Assembly (NCBI GenBank): GCA_033763315.1
Contig: JANRKS010000040.1
Span: 96,001-160,000 of the forward strand
Length of the DNA stretch: 64,000 nt
Reading direction: 5' to 3'
DNA from: Deltaproteobacteria bacterium
GTDB lineage: Bacteria; Myxococcota_A; Polyangia; Fen-1088
Below the pieces are notes generated by a model. The model was not told where the DNA came from, ran no database searches, and saw only the letters and a program-made list of their open reading frames with translations. A program made the position numbers and the translations under genes. Positions 58,701-64,000 of this stretch are shown here, piece by piece. Within the stretch, counting starts at the first letter, position 1; the number at the start of each line of letters is the position of its first letter.

Positions 58701-59620
58701 GTCACACTGCGCGTGAACTTTGACATCAGAACGACGACCGCTCGTTGTTCGTCCATCGACAAGGAATCACCGAAGGCCAACAGCTCGCCGCTGGCGCTCG
58801 AAGAAAGCCCGGAGAACGAAGCGAGCAACACTTCCGCGTTGGCGGGTCTTTCCGCTGGTCGCTTTTCCAGCATGCGGTTGATTTGCTTTTCCAGCGCTGG
58901 CGATACCTCGGGACAAAGGATGTGAATGGGCAACGGCACATCGACGCATACCTTGGCGAGAACCGCCAAGGCCGTGTCGCCCGCAAACGGGGCCACGCCA
59001 CACAAACATTCGTAAAGCACCGAGCCGAGCGCAAAGAGATCCGAACGACCATCAATTTCCGGCAACCCCCGCGCCTGCTCCGGCGACATATAAAGCGGCG
59101 TGCCCACCGCGAAACGCTGCGCGTCTTTCGTCGGTTCAAGCACGCGCTTGGCCACGCCAAAATCCAGCACTTTGACTTTTGCGATGTCGCGATCGCAAAG
59201 GAAGATGTTGGCCGGTTTTAGATCGCGGTGAACGAGCCCCCGACCGTGTGCCACGTGCAAGGCGCGCAACACTTGTTGGGCCAGCAAGGTGACCTCCTCG
59301 TTGCTGAGCCGACGCCCGTGAAGAAAGCTTTCGAGATCGCAGCCCGTCAACCATTCCATTGCAAGGTAGGGCTCGCCCGAGCCGGCCAGGCCATGGTCAA
59401 CGTAGCCAACGACGTTGGGGTGGCGCAGCTCCGCGAGCGCTTCCACCTCGCGCAAGAACAACGTGGTGGCGTTGCTGTGATCGGTCTTCAAGACCTTCAC
59501 GGCCACAACCCGTCCGGTGTGTGTGTCAAGCGCACGCCACACGTTGCCCATGCCACCTTGGCCCACTCGCTCTTGCAAGTAAAACCGGCCTCGGAGCATG
59601 GTCCCCACGGGAACTTCCAC
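55739..59620 (-). CDS. Ser/Thr kinase with degenerate cyclase-like region, AAA ATPase and TPR-like C-terminus
   Basis: GQGGMG, VAVK, HRDLKPAN, DFG, YMSPE; EAGVGKT, LDDLQWAD, GNPFFIEE. Start probably GTG 59620 rather than 59731. Confidence 0.92.
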   Translation of the reverse strand: MEVPVGTMLRGRFYLQERVGQGGMGNVWRALDTHTGRVVAVKVLKTDHSNATTLFLREVEALAELRHPNVVGYVDHGLAGSGEPYLAMEWLTGCDLESFLHGRRLSNEEVTLLAQQVLRALHVAHGRGLVHRDLKPANIFLCDRDIAKVKVLDFGVAKRVLEPTKDAQRFAVGTPLYMSPEQARGLPEIDGRSDLFALGSVLYECLCGVAPFAGDTALAVLAKVCVDVPLPIHILCPEVSPALEKQINRMLEKRPAERPANAEVLLASFSGLSSSASGELLAFGDSLSMDEQRAVVVLMSKFTRSVTQSTSSMPAVGETREILIGVPALPKALLDAFGQLDAQANVLLDGTLLVTCSGKVTASELAAKAARCALAVRRQKPEAMTAIALGKAVVRQGLPLGKLLDETSARLAALCAGDVAVDEEMAPLVARSFALRNHNNAWLLVDDSYATPLPIIVNSTERVFIGRDADIEQLERDFTELAANKPPKLVAYIAEAGVGKTRLASEWFSHLRHHHHRHRLWRAQGDSLQTARPFGLARQLAMAGLGIAEDTPRRLRREIVQTFLQAGQPDDGKSLAVTYLAELVGAAPTMESESILRSSRNDPRVMAEQTALALGDAFKIASLRLPLVLLLDDLQWADAASVKLLEGAFAHMGACACFVLVLARPALWQAYPRMWEERGLQTRSLLPLSSGDATVLIRELLPADAAPAVEWVAERAEGNPFFIEELSRTLRRRGRSKIPEAVLGTVQARLDDLPPPARRILRAASVYGRTFVRDALLPLLGEDDAVEVDRWLGFLVKEEILLAESGASFRFWHELTREAAYQSLTDGDRVLGHRLAGRWLEELEDVAPSLLFEHASRAVDAPRSCALAEAAAVQAFSAGDLEGAVSFATRAFDFKPEAMQRGRLRLLEAKALRWLGRMTEGQAPVQEAMNFLRSGSPDWYGAIECAAWIFGESTDAENLLWLAECVLTTQAYDTAAVDDRTLALSSIAGGLLGVGLCDRAEALLVEAERENAERLHPITRSRLLAVRGSYERRMGRLGKALRCYKRCFEQVAPLDDEVSKMDPRILMLNMMSDCGSYAEAKRYVSEGIASARRLRSDLFEGLAEGNAAVIHMAEGHLDEAATMLERAGQRFAGRGVNWLALSVGLYKAHLALLRGQPKDAWPFVQPFIADPKLVLPIRPYALALAAKAELMQNNVPAGLQLADQARRLIDDDGVAPEEREVFLRLVHVEALLASGQNAAARDILVAVAQRVQAQAHDIDDPTLAASFLQIPDHRRLFELLRDVDGSASTRVAV

Positions 59621-59668
59621 GGCGAAAAACTCGGTGGTTCTGCGGACTTTCTTGAATGCCGTGAAACC

Positions 59669-59708
59669 TGTTGTGCCCCACACAACACTTGTTGTGCGGC
59701 AGGCGACA
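59669..59708 (+). promoter_or_regulatory. Tandem palindromic upstream boxes (TGTYG-N9-CRACA x2)
   Basis: TGTTG-tgccccaca-CAACA ct TGTTG-tgcggcagg-CGACA; same arrangement at 61221-61260. Confidence 0.7.
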
Positions 59709-59761
59709 GGCCTCCAGGCCCGCCGAAGCAAATTCGCAAGCGATATTCAGGACACGCGGGT

Positions 59762-59777
59762 TGGTCTGGCTCTTGCT
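59762..59777 (+). promoter_or_regulatory. sigma54 promoter candidate
   Basis: TGGTCTGGCTCTTGCT with exact GG/GC spacing; matching site upstream of the paralog. Confidence 0.65.
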
Positions 59778-59818
59778 GAAGGGTTTGAAGCCGTCTTTGC
59801 GCGGCAAGGAGACCCAGG

Positions 59819-61141
59819 ATGAGGAACGAGGCGTTCGTGTTGCTCGGGTTTGCGTTTTTAGGTGCCTGTGGGCAAGACGACCAAGATGGTTTCTTGAATG
59901 CGCCCACCGCCCAAGGCGTAACGTCAACCAACGGGTTGGCGACGGTCAATGGGTTGGCCACCGTCAACGGTCTCGTGGCCACCAACGGCTTGGCCACCGT
60001 CAACGGTCTGGCGACGGTCAATGGTTTGGCCACGGTCAATGGTCTGGCCACGGTCAATGGTTTGATGACCAGCACGGCAGGTCGCGCCACTGTGGAGTAC
60101 CTGGTCAAGTGTGCGCTTGGCAGTGGCGATTACATCGACAAGCAAGACAATGTTGGCGCCTGGCATCGCTTCTATGGCGCCCTTGGCGTGGGCACCGCGT
60201 GGAAGGCCGGCGCGTGCGACCTTGACTGCCAACAGCGTATCACCTCGTGCATGTTGGCCCACATCAACAGCACCGGCAACCGTGTGCCAATCTTCGTCAA
60301 CGCCGACCCCGTGAAGATGCCATCGATTGGCATGAGCATGGCGTTCCAGTCGGGCAGCGACGCCATCGTCCAAGAAGGCGTTTTCTTCGGCAATATCTTG
60401 GCCTCTAACCCGCCCACCGCGTACTACGTCAAAGGCGACGGGTTCAAAGCCAGCATCGCGGGCCGCTTGGGCGCAAGCACAAGCACCCCCTACAAGGCGT
60501 GGGACGGATACCGGGCGGACACGGGCACCTACAGCAACGGTGTCGCGGATGGGCTGTGTATGGGCAAAACGATGTCAGACGGTGAGCACTACGATTACGC
60601 CTCGTGCGGCAAAGCCGACTTTGCCGGCGACGTGTTCCACACCTATTGGCCCAACGTGATCTCAACGTACGTCAACAGCAACTACAACGGACTCACAACG
60701 CAGAATTTTGCCCCCATCACCTTCACCTTCAACGCCGAGGCCGTGCGTAATGTCACGAACAGCAAAGCCGACGTGTGGACGACCAGCAGCAACTTCGAGT
60801 TCAAAAACACGGTCGGCTTGTATTCAACGGGCCGATTGGCCATCGCGAATGTGGCTGGCGGGCGGCGCCTTTGCGCCAACGGATACAACGAGCACATTGT
60901 CATCACGAAGAATTCAGGCGAACGGTTCTCGTTGTCGTCGCTAAAAGTGGGCTTCCTCAACAGCACATCGTCGATCACCGTGCGCGGCTACTCTAAGGGT
61001 TCGAGCGTGGTCCGCTCCGTTTCTTTGCCAGTTACGTCACAGGCGGGGTCAACTTTGACCACCAACTGGGACGGCTTGCTCAAGGTTGAAATCAAGGCCT
61101 CGCAAGGCACCTGCATTGATGACGTCATCGTGAAGAGTTAA
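59819..61141 (+). CDS. Lipoprotein with 8x NGLxxx repeats (paralog 1)
   Basis: LGAC lipobox, NGLATV repeats, EYLVKCAL, CDLDCQQRITSCMLAHIN, QEGVFFGNI. Confidence 0.88.
   Translation: MRNEAFVLLGFAFLGACGQDDQDGFLNAPTAQGVTSTNGLATVNGLATVNGLVATNGLATVNGLATVNGLATVNGLATVNGLMTSTAGRATVEYLVKCALGSGDYIDKQDNVGAWHRFYGALGVGTAWKAGACDLDCQQRITSCMLAHINSTGNRVPIFVNADPVKMPSIGMSMAFQSGSDAIVQEGVFFGNILASNPPTAYYVKGDGFKASIAGRLGASTSTPYKAWDGYRADTGTYSNGVADGLCMGKTMSDGEHYDYASCGKADFAGDVFHTYWPNVISTYVNSNYNGLTTQNFAPITFTFNAEAVRNVTNSKADVWTTSSNFEFKNTVGLYSTGRLAIANVAGGRRLCANGYNEHIVITKNSGERFSLSSLKVGFLNSTSSITVRGYSKGSSVVRSVSLPVTSQAGSTLTTNWDGLLKVEIKASQGTCIDDVIVKS
59930..60064 (+). repeat. 18-bp coding tandem repeat, 8 NGL units
   Basis: aacgggttggcgacggtc aatgggttggccaccgtc ... 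with synonymous variation. Confidence 0.9.
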
Positions 61142-61166
61142 TAAGCAGCCCACACGTTTGCTGCTT

Positions 61167-61203
61167 GAGGCCACGGTTTACGCCGTGGCCTCTTTGCTTT
61201 TTC
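61167..61203 (+). terminator. Intrinsic terminator between the paralogs
   Basis: GAGGCCACGG-tttacg-CCGTGGCCTC followed by TTTGCTTTTT. Confidence 0.8.
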
Positions 61204-61220
61204 AGCGCCCAGTTTTTAAG

Positions 61221-61260
61221 TGTTGCGGCCCACACAACAGCTGTCGCGCGGTAGGCGACA
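61221..61260 (+). promoter_or_regulatory. Tandem palindromic upstream boxes (TGTYG-N9-CRACA x2)
   Basis: TGTTG-cggcccaca-CAACA gc TGTCG-cgcggtagg-CGACA. Confidence 0.7.
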
Positions 61261-61312
61261 CAACATGCGCTTCCGGTGGCGTAAACCCCAACAAAATCAA
61301 CCCCTGGGGCCT

Positions 61313-61328
61313 TGGCCCACCTCTTGCT
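61313..61328 (+). promoter_or_regulatory. sigma54 promoter candidate
   Basis: TGGCCCACCTCTTGCT with exact -24/-12 spacing. Confidence 0.7.
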
Positions 61329-61369
61329 GGACATAGATGAGGCTGCGTTCGTGCGGCCAGGAGGACCGG

Positions 61370-62695
61370 ATGCGTAATCAGGTGTTCGTGCTGTTAGCGA
61401 TGTCAACCTTGAGTGCCTGTGGCAATGAGGCGAACGAGGACTTGGCATTGATGGGTGCGCCGACGAGCCACGCCCTCCTCTCCGAAAACGGTTTGGTTGC
61501 CGTCAATGGGCTTACATCCACCAACGGCCTCACATCCACCAACGGCCTCGCAAGCACCAACGGGCTGGCCACGACCAACGGGCTCGCCACCACGAACGGC
61601 CTCGCCACCACGAACGGCCTCATGACGACGACCGAAGGCCGCGTCACCGTTGAATACATCGTGAGGTGTGCCTTGGCCGCGGGCGACTACCTCGACAAGC
61701 AAGACAACTACGGCCGCTCTTACCGCTTCTTGGGCCAGATCGGCGTGGCGCCCGCATGGAAGACGGGATCGTGCGGAACCACCTGCCAGCAAAAAGTGAC
61801 AGCGTGCCTGCTGGCGCACATCAACAGCACCGGCAACCGTGTGCCAATCTTCATCAACGCTGATCCCGACAAAATGCCATCCATCGGCATGACGATGGCC
61901 TACCAATCGGGCAGTGACGCCGTGATTCAAGAGGGCGTGTTCTTTGGCAACATCGTTGCCGCCAACCCTCCAGCCGCCTACTACGTCAAAGGTGACGGCT
62001 TCAAGGCCAGCATCGCCGGCCGCCTCGGCGCCAGCTCCACAACGCCTTACCAGCCATGGAGTGGTTACCGGCCTGATTCGTCCTTGTTCTATTCAGGCAA
62101 TGCCGATCCACTGTGCATGGCCCGCGTGATGGATGACGGCGAACACTACGACTACAAAGACTGCGGCGCCTCTTCCGCTCCCTACGCGCCCTTTCAAAGC
62201 ACGTGGCAGAACGTGATCAGCACCTACGTGAACCGCAACTACAACAGCATCGTTTCACAAGACTTTGTGACACGCACCTTCACGTTCGACGCCGAGCCGA
62301 CCCGTTATGTCACCAACAGCAAAGCGGACGTTTGGACAACGGCCCACAACTTCGAGTTCAAGAACACGGTTTTCGTCTACTCAACGGGCAAGCTAGCCGT
62401 GCAAGACGTCAACTCCGGCCGACGATTGTGTGCAAGTGGCTGGGGCGAGCACATCGTCATCACGAAGAACACCGGCGAACCCTTCTCTTTGGCGTCCCTC
62501 AAGCTCGGCTACCACGGGGCTGGAACCACTCTCACGATTCGCGGATACGCCAAAGGCAGCACTGTGGTGCGCTCAACGACCCTCACCAGTTCGGCGAGTG
62601 GCACCTCCGTTGCCCCGGGTTGGAACGGCCTGCTTAAGGTCGAGATCAAGGGGCCGCAAGGCGTGTGCATCGACGACTTGGTCGTCAAGACCTAG
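61370..62695 (+). CDS. Lipoprotein with 8x NGLxxx repeats (paralog 2)
   Basis: AGGAGG RBS, LSAC lipobox, long stretches identical to paralog 1 (LAHINSTGNRVPIF, YYVKGDGFKASIAGRLGAS, VTNSKADVWTT). Confidence 0.9.
   Translation: MRNQVFVLLAMSTLSACGNEANEDLALMGAPTSHALLSENGLVAVNGLTSTNGLTSTNGLASTNGLATTNGLATTNGLATTNGLMTTTEGRVTVEYIVRCALAAGDYLDKQDNYGRSYRFLGQIGVAPAWKTGSCGTTCQQKVTACLLAHINSTGNRVPIFINADPDKMPSIGMTMAYQSGSDAVIQEGVFFGNIVAANPPAAYYVKGDGFKASIAGRLGASSTTPYQPWSGYRPDSSLFYSGNADPLCMARVMDDGEHYDYKDCGASSAPYAPFQSTWQNVISTYVNRNYNSIVSQDFVTRTFTFDAEPTRYVTNSKADVWTTAHNFEFKNTVFVYSTGKLAVQDVNSGRRLCASGWGEHIVITKNTGEPFSLASLKLGYHGAGTTLTIRGYAKGSTVVRSTTLTSSASGTSVAPGWNGLLKVEIKGPQGVCIDDLVVKT
61487..61621 (+). repeat. 18-bp coding tandem repeat, 8 NGL units
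   Basis: NGLVAV NGLTST NGLTST NGLAST NGLATT x3 NGL. Confidence 0.9.
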
Positions 62696-62860
62696 ACCGT
62701 GCGTCCGGCTGGCCACGTCTGATGGCCTCCCCCCTAGCCGCGGCGCCCTAAATGCCGTATCACACGGGTGGGGAGAGGCCTCGCATTACGCTTGCGGAGC
62801 CTTGGCACCCAGGGGCATCATGGATGACCACCCCTCGTGATTCCAAGGACTTAACGCACA

Positions 62861-63850
62861 ATGCCAGACATGAACATCATCCAAGCCGTCAACGACTGCC
62901 TGCGTTTGGAGATGCGTCGCGATCCTAAAGTTGTGGTTTTGGGCGAAGACGTGGGGCGCTTCGGAGGCGTCTTTCGCGCCACCACCGGCTTATTTGATGA
63001 GTTCGGCCCCGAACGTTGCATGGACACGCCGCTGGCCGAGGCGGGCATCATCGGCAGCGCCATCGGCATGGCTTTGTACGGCATGCGCCCCGTGGCTGAG
63101 ATCCAGTTCGCAGATTTCATCTACCCCGCGTTCGATCAGATCGTGAACGAGCTGGCAAAGATGCGGTACCGCAGCGGCGGCGAATACCCGGCCCCCGTCA
63201 TCATTCGCACACCCGCGGGCGGCGGCATCCGTGGCGGCCATTACCACAGCCAATCACCCGAGGCCTTGTTCATCCACGTCGCGGGTCTTCAGGTGGTGTA
63301 TCCCTCAAACCCGATCGACGCCAAAGGTTTGCTCGCGTCAGCCATTCGCGGGCAAGATCCGGTGATCTTCTTTGAACCCAAGCGCGTGTATCGTGCGTCG
63401 CGTGGTGACGTGCCTGAGGGGGAATACTTGATCCCCATCGGCAAAGCCAAAGTGGTCAGATCCGTACCCGCGCGTTCAGCGAACTCGGTGACGATCTTGG
63501 CCTGGGGCGCGATGGTGCACACGGCGCTTGAGGCGGCCACGCAAGGAGAAGAAGAAGGCTTCGAGATGGAAGTCGTGGATTTGCGCACGTTGTTGCCCTA
63601 CGACATCGAAACCATTTTGGATTCCGTGAAAAAAACGGGCCGCGTGGTGATCGTGCACGAAGCACAACGCACCTGCGGCTTCGGCGCGGAGCTGGCCGCC
63701 ACCATTCAAGAAAAGGCGATGCTGCATCTGGAGGCGCCCATCTTGCGCGTGACCGGATTCGACACGCCCTTCCCTTACACCTTGGAAAACGAATACCTAC
63801 CCGACGCCAACCGCATCTTGGATGCGGTGGAGCGCACCATCAATTTCTAA
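62861..63850 (+). CDS. 2-oxoacid dehydrogenase E1 beta subunit (branched-chain/pyruvate type)
   Basis: GEDVGRFGGVFR, DTPLAE, EIQFADF, GGHYHSQSPE, FEPK, GFDTPFP. Confidence 0.95.
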   Translation: MPDMNIIQAVNDCLRLEMRRDPKVVVLGEDVGRFGGVFRATTGLFDEFGPERCMDTPLAEAGIIGSAIGMALYGMRPVAEIQFADFIYPAFDQIVNELAKMRYRSGGEYPAPVIIRTPAGGGIRGGHYHSQSPEALFIHVAGLQVVYPSNPIDAKGLLASAIRGQDPVIFFEPKRVYRASRGDVPEGEYLIPIGKAKVVRSVPARSANSVTILAWGAMVHTALEAATQGEEEGFEMEVVDLRTLLPYDIETILDSVKKTGRVVIVHEAQRTCGFGAELAATIQEKAMLHLEAPILRVTGFDTPFPYTLENEYLPDANRILDAVERTINF

Positions 63851-63886
63851 CCGACGCGCGATCGATATCGATTCTCTGGAGCGATA

Positions 63887-64000
63887 ATGGCCTACGAGTT
63901 CAAGCTGCCTGACATTGGCGAAGGCGTGGTTGAGGGAGAGATCGTGCGCTGGCTGGTCAACGAAGGCGACGAGCTTTCGCAAGATCAGCCCATGGTGGAA
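63887..64000 (+). CDS. Dihydrolipoamide acyltransferase E2, lipoyl domain (partial)
   Basis: MAYEFKLPDIGEGVVEGEIVRWLVNEGD...PMVE, running off the window. Confidence 0.9.
   Translation, partial: MAYEFKLPDIGEGVVEGEIVRWLVNEGDELSQDQPMVE

Noticed and set aside
59621-59731. Kinase ORF extension to 59731
   Set aside because: Runs through the conserved upstream boxes of the divergent gene and does not look like protein.
59930-61621. 18-bp tandem repeats as a possible CRISPR or non-coding array
   Set aside because: In-frame coding repeats with synonymous variation, no spacers and no cas genes.
1-64000. tRNA, rRNA, IS elements, integrases, prophage
   Set aside because: None recognised by eye and intergenic gaps are short. 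tRNAscan-SE, Infernal and ISEScan were not run.

Overview
GC-rich bacterial DNA with many Myxococcota-like hallmarks: DUF1592/DUF1552 pair, myxobacterial Cys-rich repeat protein, NGLxxx-repeat lipoproteins, Ser/Thr kinase-ATPase-TPR protein and sigma54-type promoters. The taxonomic call is an inference. About 48 densely packed CDSs. I found no rRNA, tRNA, CRISPR array or transposase. The strongest candidates for uncharacterised systems are: (1) a SulP/SLC26 anion transporter whose usual STAS domain is replaced by a CcmM/Cam-like gamma-carbonic anhydrase, in one operon with two SPFH scaffold proteins (20145-24085); (2) a single-pass receptor-like protein with a cytoplasmic STAND-type ATPase, followed by a second AAA_35-like ATPase, set among polysaccharide synthesis and modification genes (27984-37764); (3) a trio of heme-oxygenase-like diiron enzyme, non-canonical PurD-like ATP-grasp ligase and NPPY methyltransferase (48859-52087); (4) two paralogous repeat lipoproteins that share a sigma54 promoter and tandem TGTYG-N9-CRACA upstream boxes. 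A three-unit Pho-box-like site lies upstream of the OprO/P-type porin. All product calls come from motif recognition by eye, with no database searches.
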